38,024 nt of DNA from an uncultured Chroococcidiopsis sp. (GCA_964248365.1 CAXTYC010000041.1:1-38024), one strand, 5' to 3'. Shown: positions 23,356 through 33,595, counted from the first letter of the stretch. The notes: generated by a model not told the origin, from the sequence alone. A program made the numbers and translations.

Positions 23356-23667
23356 CTATTGAGTTTGTTTGTAATTTAGTAGAGCATTGAGTTTGACCTT
23401 TTGATCTCTGCTAAAGCGCTTTCAAGCAATATCTATTACAATCTGATCGTATTTAGACATTACTGCCTCTATTTGTTTTACATCTTGGGCAACCTCAAGC
23501 TGAGCTATCAATCTCAAAACCACAGCTTCCCAATTGAAATGGGATGAATGACTTTCCCATTCATGACTTTGACCTGAATCCCATTCATTGTCTTCTCGCT
23601 CAAGTTTCCCAAACTAGTCTTGATAATATCGGTAAACTCCTGGTACTGTATCGTAATAATCAGACAT
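23356..23667 (-). pseudogene. Possible degraded small hypothetical gene (about 103 codons, two internal stops)
   Basis: AAGGA RBS and ATG at 23667. Reads MSDYYDTVPGVYRYYQD*FGKLERED...WEAVVLRLIAQLEVAQDVKQIEAVMSKYDQIVIDIA*KRFSRDQKVKLNALLNYKQTQ* in one frame. Confidence 0.35.
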
Positions 23668-23906
23668 AATAAATTCCTTAGCAATTAGTGAAAATGAAGT
23701 CATGGTATGCCACCCATGCCGACCGAACTCGTTACTGTCGTATCTTTTAGCTTACAAAGCTCTATATAATTGTGTAATTTTTAATATTTAATTAGTTAAA
23801 TATTCAGTACATATTTAAAAAAACAAAATAAAATCATTGAATTAATATTAGTAAGGTGGGTATGGGTGGCAAACAAGGAATTTATAGAATAATAACAGCA
23901 AAGCTT

Positions 23907-25496
23907 TTATCCTCTTTTACCATTCGGTCGCAGTGTCATCCAATTAGTTTTAGCTAGGGCTAACTGCTCATCTGTAAGTTTTGCTCCGCTCAGATTAGCT
24001 CCACACAAGTTTGCACCTCTGAGATTGGCGTTGTTCAAATAAGCATCACTCAGATCTGCGCCTCGCAAATCTGCTCCAGATAAGTCAGTATGACTAAGGT
24101 AAGCTTCGCTTAAGTTTGCGTCTCTCAAATTCGTTTGGCTCAGACTAGCTTGCCCTAAATCGCTTTTAGATAAATTAGCTCGTTGGAAATTTGTGCCATC
24201 CAGCTTGGAGGAATGGAAATTGATTCCTGCTAAGTTTTTACCTGGCAGATTAAGCGATCGCAAATCTTTTCCAATAAAGTCACGCTCACCTTTGACATAT
24301 GCCGCGAGAAAACTACCAGTATCTAACCGAATATTTTCTTTAATCTTTGAGGCATTGGGATTATAAGTTTTTGCGGATGGTGCGGCATTTAACTTGTTTG
24401 GCGGGGCTGGTTGGCGTGTGAGCGTAGCATTTAGATTTACTGGCTGTGCTGACTTATTTTGTCGCGCTCTGATTGCTTCTGCTGTCGAAGCCACAGAAGG
24501 AGGAGTAGAGCTATTTGTCCGCTGTTGTTCCCCAACTGAGCGAGTAGTTCGCATAGTAGGTTGAGTAGCCATACCTTTGGCGATGCTCTCAAAGTATGGT
24601 TCTAGCTCCAGTGCTTTGAGGACATCGCTAGCCGATTGGTAACGATGGCGAACAGATGCCTCTAGCATTTTCTTCAAAACACCAGTCATGTGTTGACTTA
24701 GATGTACTTCTCGCTCCCAAAGCATCTCACCTGTTGAAGGGTGGTAGTCAAAGTCTTTAGGAGATTTGCCAGTTAGGAGGTATAGACAAGTTATGCCCAC
24801 TGCGTAAATATCACTAGCATAGACTGGACGCATGGCGATTTGCTCTGGGGGAGCATATCCAGTAGTACCAACTGCAAAGGCTGTCAAGGCAGTTTGTTCG
24901 TGTTGACCGCCAAATGTTTGGCTTACTTGATTTTTTACTGCGCCAAAGTCGATTAGCACCAGTCTACCGTCTTCTGCGCGACGAATTAGGTTGTTAGGTT
25001 TGATGTCTCGGTGAATTACCTGTTGCTTATGGAGGTATTGCAATATCCCCAAGATTTCACTTAAGAATTGCTTGACTCCTGCTTCGCTCATGGGACCATT
25101 ACGTTTGATTTCCTGCTGTATCGTCCAGCCGTTGACGAATTCTTGAACTAGGTAAAATTGTTGATGATCTTCAAAGTAATCCAGTAGTCTTGGCACTTGG
25201 GGATGATTACCAATTCTGCCCAAGGTATTAGCTTCTCTAGCAAACAGTTCCCGCGCCATCGGCATAACTTCTGGTGTGTTTGTAGCCAGACGCAGCTGTT
25301 TAATTACGCATATTGGTTGACCTGGTAAGCTATCATCCTTGGCTAAAAAGGTAGCTCCAAAGCCTCCTTGTGCTAAGGCTCGTATCACACGATAGCGATC
25401 GCGCAATTTTGTTAGCCCGTGACCACACGATTGACACGTTTGGCTAGAATCTGAATTTTCTGGATGAGAGCAAGACGGATTTAAGCAGTAGCTCAT
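23907..25496 (-). CDS. Hanks-type Ser/Thr protein kinase with C-terminal pentapeptide repeats (SpkB-like)
   Basis: MSYCLNPSC zinc-ribbon start (ATG 25496), QGGFG, HRDIKPNN, DFG and GYAPPEQ motifs, then A(N/D)LxG pentapeptide repeats. Confidence 0.92.
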   Translation of the reverse strand: MSYCLNPSCSHPENSDSSQTCQSCGHGLTKLRDRYRVIRALAQGGFGATFLAKDDSLPGQPICVIKQLRLATNTPEVMPMARELFAREANTLGRIGNHPQVPRLLDYFEDHQQFYLVQEFVNGWTIQQEIKRNGPMSEAGVKQFLSEILGILQYLHKQQVIHRDIKPNNLIRRAEDGRLVLIDFGAVKNQVSQTFGGQHEQTALTAFAVGTTGYAPPEQIAMRPVYASDIYAVGITCLYLLTGKSPKDFDYHPSTGEMLWEREVHLSQHMTGVLKKMLEASVRHRYQSASDVLKALELEPYFESIAKGMATQPTMRTTRSVGEQQRTNSSTPPSVASTAEAIRARQNKSAQPVNLNATLTRQPAPPNKLNAAPSAKTYNPNASKIKENIRLDTGSFLAAYVKGERDFIGKDLRSLNLPGKNLAGINFHSSKLDGTNFQRANLSKSDLGQASLSQTNLRDANLSEAYLSHTDLSGADLRGADLSDAYLNNANLRGANLCGANLSGAKLTDEQLALAKTNWMTLRPNGKRG

Positions 25497-25731
25497 AAGA
25501 GCATTAATCCTTGTTGGAAGGAAACATATAGAGCGATCGCACCTTGTCAATTATTGAAATATACGTCTGAGGATTACTAGGTAGTTCTTGCGGATCTTGA
25601 TTGAAGAGTTGCTAAAGATATTTTCAGGGAAAATACTGTTTTTCTGAGCTTTTGATTAACTCTAGCTAACAATCAATTACTAAGTGAAAACACGTAAATT
25701 TCCTGGCAAGCTTTTTCTGACGCTCTTTGCT

Positions 25732-26672
25732 TATAGAACCTATTTGACATCTAACAATAGGCTGCAAGTCTCTTGACCATCAGCCTAATAAAACAAAGAT
25801 TAACCTTGGCAGTCGCATTAGCGAGAGTTCTCTCAAAGTTTTTAACAAGAATTTTGCATCTCTCCATCCAAGCATTTGACCGCTCAATCACCCACCGCGC
25901 TATGACTGGAACAAACCCAAGTTTTCCTTGTACCTTCTTTTCAAATTTCGATAGTTTAGTCGAAAGTTCAAACATAGTTTTCGTCATGATCTGGGGATAA
26001 ACCTTTTCTAACTCCTGTCTGAGATATTGAGGGTGATAGCCGCGATCTAGGAGGATAGTGATCTTGGGAATATTAACGGGTTTTGACTGGAAATAATCGA
26101 TGTTTTTAGTTAGCATCTCTAACAGACCCCCATCATCAGATACATTTGCTTTAGTGCAGTGAGTAAAGAAGGGGAATCCGAGCGTATCAACGGCTAGATG
26201 CCTCTTAATCCCATTCGTCGATTTGTAGAAACAATAACCTTTAGAGTTCACACTAGCATTACAAGTATTTTTAACCGCTTGGGAGTCGATAATTATCAAC
26301 CTAGTCCACTTAGCTTTTTTTTAACCTGCTCACGCACTTGAGAATGTAAAACTCTCATCAGTTCTTCTACCACACCAACAGATCGCCACTGCTTGTAATG
26401 CTAATAGACGGCCGAGTACGCAGGCAAGTCCTTGGGTAAATCTTGCCAATTGCAGCCATTCTTAAGTTGATAAAAGATGCCATCTAAGAGTTCTCTTTTT
26501 GTCCAGTTGGAGGGTCTGGTCTGTTTCTTGGTCGGCAATATCTGCGGCAGTATAGTCTCCAGAATTTCCCACTCTTCGTCTGTTAGGCTGCTAGAGTATG
26601 GCATGACTACTGAATATAACTGCTGCCGTAACTGTACTTCAACACAGTAAAAGATGTCAAATGGGTTTTATA
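25732..26672 (-). mobile_element. IS5-family insertion sequence with a disrupted two-frame transposase (26604 to 25751)
   Basis: Inverted repeats TATAGAACCTATTTGACATCT / AGATGTCAAATGGGTTTTATA. Motifs YSSSLTDEEW, IIDSQAVK and RWVIERSNAW. In-frame TAG at 26401-26403 in place of Trp (VY*HYKQWR). Confidence 0.9.
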
Positions 26673-26861
26673 GAATGTAGGGGATTTCTAGTTAGAGAAG
26701 ATAGCAACTGTGGTTGGAGCTAATGCACTTTTTCTACCGCAGATGCTACCTCTAAATGGACTAGTGCAGCCTGGTAGAAATAACTTCTGTGTTTATTCAG
26801 TTATGAGTAACCCTCAAATTTCCACTTGACTACAATGAAGCCTAAAAATAATGGCAGGCTT

Positions 26862-27650
26862 TAAGAGCTGATTCGTAAAGAAAATCTAAAGAGCATCGAA
26901 TCTGGCTAGGATCAAGTTATAGGCTAAATTCAGTCTAATTGTGTTGCTGCCGATGAGCCGTCTACCCACAATTGAAAACCAAGAGCGCCAACCCTACCCA
27001 AGTGATTTAAGTGATGCCGAATGGGTCATTTTGAAGCCCCTGCTACCTGCACCAAAGGGTTTTGGACATCCTGTGGAAGTGGACTTGCGAGAAATTCTCA
27101 ACGGAATTTTTTATGTGCAACCTTGGGATGTCAGTGGGAAATGCTGCCCCATGACCTGCCTCCCAACACCACCGTGTATGGCTACTTTCAGAAATGGCAA
27201 CGTAGAGGCATCTGGCAGGTTCTTCACGATCAGGTGCGTCATCAACTGCGAATTGAGCGCACGGGCAAGATGAACAATCAAGCGTAGACAAGAGCCGATT
27301 CTCAATCAGTCAAGACAACGGAAAAAAGGGGGAGGTATACGGTTTCGATGGTGGCAAGAAGGTTAAAGGGCGTAAGCGCTATATCGTCGTAGATTCTCAA
27401 GGCTTGTTACTCGGTGTTTTAGTTACCCAAGCCATTAGACGTTTCCATAAATTAAAGTTCCAGCCCTAATAACAATTCGCGTAACGCTCTCGCATCACAG
27501 ATCACCTAAGAGGGCTGGAACCTTAATTTTTGGAGAAATCTAATGCCTCAGAACGACTAGGGGCAGTTGTAGTGCTGCATGAAGTTGTGGAGCAATTGTC
27601 CAAGTTGAAAGTGGTTTGGGTAGACTCTGGTTATTCGCGAGAAAACTTTA
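26862..27650 (+). mobile_element. Truncated IS5-family element with a transposase pseudogene
   Basis: YPSDLSDAEW..LREILNGIFY, WEMLPHDLP, DSQSVKTTEK, GFDGGKKVKGRKR..VDSQGLL, VWVDSGY. Frameshifted, interrupted by a hairpin unit at 27434 and cut at 27650 by an IS630 end. Left boundary approximate. Confidence 0.85.
27434..27544. mobile_element. Hairpin unit (MITE-like) inserted in the IS5 transposase
   Basis: 34-bp imperfect inverted repeats ATTAGACGTTTCCATAAATTAAAGTTCCAGCCCT / AGGGCTGGAACCTTAATTTTTGGAGAAATCTAAT. Removing 105-108 bp rejoins VTQA|NASERLG. Confidence 0.85.
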
Positions 27651-28156
27651 TACCAATTCTCTAAAAAGTGGCTACAGATGATAAAATAAGATTAAATTAG
27701 ACAATCAGATTTAAAATGGCTGGGACATATCACCTAGAAATCAAAGAGACTGTAGAAGAACTCAAGGAATTACTCACAAGACAAAAAACTGTATATTCTA
27801 AACAAAGAGTGCAGCTATTGTATCCCCTTAAAACAGGGCATAGTCAAACGATTTCTCGCAAGCGCACAAATTATAGGTCGTAACCGAGTCACCTGGCACA
27901 AGTGGATTAGACAGTATAAAGCTTTTGGAATTGAAGGACTATTAGAAAAAAAATATTCGCTCTTGTTGACCAAGAGTAATTCCCAGGTGGGCAGAAAAAG
28001 CACTCGAGAAAAGATTACACGAAGCACAAGGATTTAATGGTTATCAAGAAATTGTCAGGCAGGAACAAAACTTGCTCGTAAATACTTGCTACAAGACAGT
28101 TCACAAGCTCGTTTATGAACGTTTGGAATCCCAGCCGAAAGTACCACGTCCCCAAA
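27651..28156 (+). mobile_element. IS630-family element, left end and HTH ORF remnant
   Basis: Left end TACCAATTCTCTAAAAAGTGGCTACAGAT. ATG 27716 gives MAGTYHLEIKETVEELKELL..., frameshifted, breaking off after KVPRPQ. Homologous to ORF 33034-33534. Confidence 0.8.
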
Positions 28157-30292
28157 AGATTTCTCCAAAAATTAAAGCAACGACCGAATAACATGAACGC
28201 GTAACGCGAAAGCACAAAGGACAACCCAAGAGGGTAACAACTGAGGCAGAAAAATAAAGTCTTAGAATATTGCCTTAAAAAAATACAGCCCAGGAATGTG
28301 GCGATAAAAAATAATGGCAACCCGCCGTTCTCCCCGAATGCATTCGGGGATCTGGCGGACAGCGATGCCTAATACAACACAAACAACCCGTGATGCCGAC
28401 AAATTCCCTCTTGAGGGAAGCCATTATTTTTCTAGCCTTGCCTCCCATGCCCTCTTTGAGTGGGAGGCGAAGGAACCTGAAATTTTAGGTCAGGCAAATG
28501 TTCGTTATCTGTTTGCCCCCGTGAGTTACGAGGGGTGTCTGAAGCCTGACCTAAAATTTTTGCGCTCCTTTCCAGGTCTGTTGTGAACAATGGACTATCT
28601 ATTGGGTTTAAGGGCTGGGAGAATAGTTTAAGAAAATTGGGCAATCGGGCGCAAAAAGGTGCAATTGATTTATCAACAAGTACGATTACTTGAAAATAAA
28701 AGCACCTTTTTGCCCACCATCAGAATTCGTGACCGACTTATCCAAAAAATAGGGCAGGCTTAATAACCCCACGAGTAAACAAGGGGGCTTCACAACTATC
28801 GAACGAAGCCTGCCCTATTTTTAAAGAAGGAATTGGTGAGGAGCCGAAACGACAGTCGCATTTGAGGATTGCCCAATTTTCTATAGGTTCAAGGTAACGG
28901 CTAGCTGTATTTTTTGGCGAGGCAACCGCGTGAAAAATAGTGGGAAACCGATGTAAACCTTAAAAAATAGAGACAGCCGCTGTGTTTAGAGTTATCTGTT
29001 GGTATTACGAGGTATCGTAGTTGAAGGCTGTCTCTATTTTTTATGTCGTTTTTTCCTGGTTGGGAGGCACACCGCATGAAAAATAAGGCAGGAGAGGCTC
29101 AGCTTGAAAAATTGGCGGAACCAAATTTATCGTTATCTGTCGGGAATAACCAGATCTCGTGTTGTGTTGAAGGTTCCGCCAATTTTTTGCCGCCACGTCC
29201 CTTGGGCTTTTTGAGTAATCTGTGGTGCATAGTGGCTTATCTGTTTTGTATCAAGCCCGAAGGTTTTTTGGGAGGTAAAGCTTGAGAAAAAGTTGGCCGC
29301 AAATCTATCGTTATCTGTCGGTCGTGACGAGTTAATGGTGTTGTTTGAAGCAGGCAACTTTTTCTTGTCGCAGTGTTCACTCGTCGCCATTACATTTGGC
29401 GCAAAAAATAAAAATTTGACCGTGTTTTAAAGTTTATTCGTTGGTAGTGAGAGAGCTGGATGTGACGGTCACGCATCTCCGGAAAAAATGGGGCAGGCAA
29501 ATTTATCGTTGTCTATGGGTAGTAACGAATTGTCGTGTTGTGTTTACGCAGCTCCCATTTTTCTAGGTTCACCCTCGTCAAATTTTTATTTTCAAGCCTG
29601 ACTTATATTCCCGCCCTCTTTAAGTGATGTGTGGCGCATAGTGGGTGAAGGATTTGGTTTAAGGGTTGGGAGGCATGGCTTGGAAAAAAGGGGAACACGA
29701 CCTACCTTAAAAAAATGAGACATGAAATGTTGCCTGAAAAAATATGTCGGTCCGTGTATTAGGTTATCTGTTGGTATTACGGGGGATTTGTGTTGACGGA
29801 CCGACATATTTTTTGGCTAAGGCTCTCCTGCCTTCTATGGAGGTTATCTGTTGGTGCGGGAGTCGATGCCAAAAAATATGTCAGGCTTTTTGTCTTGTCG
29901 AAAGGTATATATGGTTATTGCGTGTTGTGATGAAGCCTGACTTATTTTTTTTAAGGCAATATTCCAAGAGGGATCTTTTAAACAAGGCACGGGAGGTAAA
30001 AGCTAGAAAAATAAGTCAGGCTTTTTGAGTGGTTGGTAATGTATAGAATATTGCCTTAAAAATAAGGCGAACCCTCTTTGAGTTATCGTGTTGACATCAT
30101 GGTTATTAGTGTTGTTATTAGGGCTGAAGCCTTATTTTTGGCATCGGCTCCCATATTCGGGGATCTGTGTTGTTATAAGCCTGACTTATTTTTTGTCGCG
30201 TTCCTTCCAAGTCTCATTTTTTTATGTCGGTAAATCCTGGGAAGGCTCTTTTGGGTTATTTGTGTTGCTGGGCGTGTTATCTGTTGGGTTTA
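28157..30292. repeat. Nested array of about 16 A-tract/T-tract hairpin units
   Basis: Perfect or near-perfect arm pairs include 28480-495/28544-559, 28631-646/28867-882, 28745-761/28806-822, 28961-978/29026-043, 29107-122/29172-187, 29737-755/29796-814, 29871-888/29933-950, 30007-023/30177-193 and 29708-721/30211-224. Confidence 0.9.
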
Positions 30293-30765
30293 GAGGGCAT
30301 TTCTAAATTAATCGTTAAGTTTTTTCTTCCAGTTCACCTAACCGTTGCAACATCAACCGAATCATTGCCCCTTGGATTATTGCCTCACTCACTTCTGGTA
30401 AAAGTTCATAATCCTTGCTTAAACGTCGGTTTTGATTAAGCCAGCCAAAGGTTCGTTCCACAACCCATCGCTGGGGTAAAATCACAAACCCTGATTCAGA
30501 GCGCTTAACCACTTCAACTTTTGCGCCACACAACTGCTCGACAACTCGTGCGAAGTTCTCTTTTTGATCACCTTGATCCACCCACAGCAGTTGCAATGCC
30601 TTGGCTTGTTGTGCATCTAAATCGTGTACCGCAATCACCCCACCTGGTTGCTCTGAGCAGTTGGCATTGAGGACGACTACCGCCATCAGCAACCCCAAGG
30701 TATCGACCAAGAGAAACCGCAAGCGTCCTTTGACTAACTTGCCACCGTCGAAGCCATAGACCTCC

Positions 30766-30811
30766 ACGCCAGTTGCTTCAAGTCGGCACCGCCGCCCAAC
30801 GCACTGGCTCC
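30766..30811. repeat. Small dispersed repeat-like insertion at the IS5 frameshift site
   Basis: GCCAGTTGCTTCAAGTCGGCACCGCCGCCCAACGCACTGGC (GCCAG/CTGGC ends) splits the GAAAAAAGGG|GGAGGT motif that is intact in the IS5 copy at 27321. Confidence 0.7.
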
Positions 30812-31084
30812 CTTTTTTTCCGTCGTTTTGACCGACTGACTATCGATACTGCCTGCAGCGAAAGAATGCTTGCCCACTTGGCAGGGTAACTCTCGTCGCA
30901 AAGAGTCATGAATCTGTTGCCAAATGCCTTTTCGCTGCCACCGGCGAAAGTATTTGTAGACTGTTTGCCAGGCGGGTAAATCTTTTGGCAAGTCGCTCCA
31001 AATGCAACCATTGTGTATTTGGTAGAAGATCGCATTGAGAATTTCTGTGTGATCTACTTGGCGCTTGCGTCCCCTCGCTTTAGG

Positions 31085-31928
31085 GGTAGTGCAATTTTGT
31101 AAAGGATAGAGGAAAATAGCCAGGAGTTGAGTTTTTCCCCGAATGCTCAGGTATGAAACCCTATTTGATTTGTCCAACTTGCGGTTCCGATGACATCATG
31201 AAAAACGGTACAACTCGTCGGGGCAAACAAAACTACAAATGCCGTGATTGCGGTCGTCAGTTTGTCGAAAACCCGCAGTGGAGACCGATTCCTCCTGACA
31301 GCAAAGCGATGATAGACCGCTTGTTGCTAGAGCGAGTTCCTTTATCAGGCATTGCCCGTGTAATGCAGGTATCTGAGGACTGGTTGCAAGGATACGTCAA
31401 CCGTTGCTATGAGACAGTGCCACATAAGGTGCAGGTGCAACCCAAAAACAAAGTCCGCTTGGAAGTGCAGATGGACGAGTTGTGGTCGTTTGTGGACGAC
31501 AAAGGCAACAAGCAGTGGGTATGGCTGGCAATTGATGTGGCAACTCGTGAGATCGTTGGGTGCTACATCGGCGACCGTTCTAGAAATTGTGCTGTTGCTT
31601 TGTGGGAATCGATGCGCCTGAGTGTATCGACAGTGCGCGGTCATCTACACCGATTACTGGGAGGCTTATGCGACGGCACTGCCACGTCAACGTCACCGAG
31701 CTGTAGGTAAGGAAAGTGGATTGACCACCTACATTGAACGGTTGAATAACACACTCAGGCAACGGGTGTCACGCTTAGTGAGAAAAACATTGTCCTTCTC
31801 CAAGAAGTTGGATAATCACATCGGTGCGATCTGGAATTTTATTCATTACTACAATCAGAGGATTCAAGCGCAGCGAGCTAGTTGTTAAGAAGATTATTTT
31901 TCTCCATCCTTTACAAAATACCACTACC
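31085..31928 (+). mobile_element. IS1-family insertion sequence (InsA/InsB, ORFs 31153-31710 and 31622-31888)
   Basis: Inverted repeats GGTAGTGCAATTTTGTAAAGGAT / ATCCTTTACAAAATACCACTACC. Motifs CPTCGS..KNG..GKQNYKCRDCGRQF, QMDELWSFV, YTDYW and IERLNNTLRQR. Frameshift near 31615. Confidence 0.92.
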
Positions 31929-32079
31929 CAACTGTTTTTCTGTGCTCACCTACTTAAGCTTTTATTTAGAAATGCGCTCTCATTGACTGTTTTCAAATAT
32001 TCCTCAATCTAGTTGCTCAACATTTTGCTGATTCCGGATTAATTATTCAACTTGACAACGGCGCATTTCATTAAATTGA

Positions 32080-32350
32080 CTCCTGAAAAATTAAGCCAGC
32101 CAAAGAAGGCTTGAAAAAATAAGTTTGACTGTCAACAAAGATCTCTCATTCACAACCAGTCAACTCAATACACGGTCAAACTTATTTTTTTGCGCCAAAT
32201 GTAATTTTGAAACCCCACGATTAATCATGGGGAGCAACAGATTTACATTTGACGCAAAAAATAAAAATTTTACCGTGTTTTAAAGTTTATTCGTTGGTAG
32301 TGAGAGAGCTGAATGTGACGGTAAAATTTTTATTTTCAAGCCTGACTTTA
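32080..32350. repeat. Second cluster of hairpin units (two in opposite orientation inside an outer pair that closes at 33603-33618)
   Basis: Arm pairs 32114-132/32172-190 and 32256-276/32318-336. Outer AAAAATTAAGCCAGCC (32086-101) pairs with GGCTGGCTTAATTTTT (33603-618) across the IS630. Confidence 0.85.
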
Positions 32351-32355
32351 ACTCA

Positions 32356-33595
32356 TACCAATTCACGAAATGCCTGATACAAATAAAGCTTCCAGAATAA
32401 AATCCCATCCAGTGATAGAAGCGACAACTCAATCAGTTAGCTTGTCGAGAATTTGAGCCAGAGCTGCTCTCAATTCATCTAAAGTCTCAAATGATTGCCA
32501 CCTCAGGTATTTCTTCATTTCTTTCCACAATCTTTCAATCGGATTGACTTGGGGAGAATGGGCAGCTTGAAACAGTAAAATGACGGTTTCGGGAACTTGT
32601 AATAACTCACAGCTATGAAATCTGCCTTGGTCTAACTGAATAATATGTATATCATCAGGATAAGCTTGTACAAACTGTGCCAAAAACTGCTCAAAACAAA
32701 CAGTATCCAGGTGAGAATACTCAAAAAAAAGTGGTCTCCTGTCAGCGGTCCACAATTCCATACAGATAAAATGCCTTGGGTGTCCATTGTACTTGTCCGA
32801 CTGGTTTAACTCCTTTTAGTGTTAATAACGTTTCCTCAAAATAATGAAACAGCCTTCAAGTGCGAATACCTGCTGTGTACGAGAGATTTTTAAATAAGGC
32901 TGTTTCATTATTTTTAGGATTCCATATAACTTTCTGCCGGTAATCGTCTTCAGACCAAAGCGACTTTCATCTTCACACCAGTAAGGAACATTTTTGTCTT
33001 GACTTGGTGTGACTAAGTACTCCAAAACGACATCTAGCAATTGAGGCAGTTTTTTTTAAAATTTTCTTGTGCTTGGGGTGATTGTTTGATGCTTTGCGGA
33101 CGTGGCACTTTCAACCCCGCTTTAAGTAGGTAATGTACTGTGTCATGTACCACTTTATAGGACCCATCAATTCCTTCCGAAGCTTTTAACCAAGTTTGTA
33201 CTTCTCCATAACTTTCAAATCCCTCTGGTTGTGCTAGTTCCAACCGCCGCCGTTCTCTGACTTCTAAAGGAATAATTTTTGGTCTTTCTGGACGAGGAGG
33301 CACATCTAATAACCTATCTATTCCACCTGCTCTGTATTGCCGTAGCCACCGTTGTACTGTGACTCGACTTTTTCCCAGTACTACTGCTAAATGCTGTACT
33401 GTCTCTACTTGTTGAGTTTTTAGTAAATACAATGCTTGAATACGCACCAACGCAAATGCTTCTTTTTGTTGCTTTAACAACTGTTTTAACTCGGATGCTG
33501 TCTCTGCTATATTGATTTTAACTACGCCTGTCATCGGGAAAAATAGTTCATAGCTGTTTTTCTACTATTTGTATCATATACAAAGTGAATTGGTA
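32356..33595 (-). mobile_element. IS630-family insertion sequence, both ends present, transposase disrupted
   Basis: TA-flanked inverted repeats TACCAATTCAC..TGATACAAATA at both ends. HTH ORF 33034-33534 and DDE pieces (DESRFG, QLDQGRFH, SPQVNPIERLW). Confidence 0.92.
32826..32929. mobile_element. Hairpin unit inserted in the IS630 transposase
   Basis: 19-bp perfect arms AAAATAATGAAACAGCCTT (32838-856) / AAGGCTGTTTCATTATTTT (32896-914). Removing 104 bp (TAA duplicated) restores GRKLTLKGVKP. Confidence 0.88.

Larger units (their letters stand above)
30293..31979 (-). mobile_element. IS5-family (IS1031-like) element interrupted by IS1
   Basis: Inverted repeats GAGGGCATTTCTAAAT / ATTTAGAAATGCGCTC flanked by TTA/TCA. 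Transposase halves 30734-31084 (ILNAIFY..DSQSVK) and 30315-30767 (RWVVERTFGW). N-terminus missing next to the IS1. Confidence 0.88.

Noticed and set aside
28480..30193. Tandem rho-independent terminators
   Set aside because: Loops of 40-50 nt are far too long, and the units are not placed downstream of genes.
28157..30292. CRISPR array
   Set aside because: No constant direct repeat with regular unique spacers. The conserved feature is inverted pairing and nesting, and there are no cas genes in the window.
28157..30292. Integron attC cassette array
   Set aside because: No consistent RYYYAAC/GTTRRRY ends, no gene cassettes between hairpins and no integrase. Kept only as a mechanistic analogy.
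28015..30439. Short ORFs over the hairpin array (and 35192-35569)
   Set aside because: They overlap on both strands, are F/K/L-biased from A/T tracts and show no recognisable motifs. Probably spurious.
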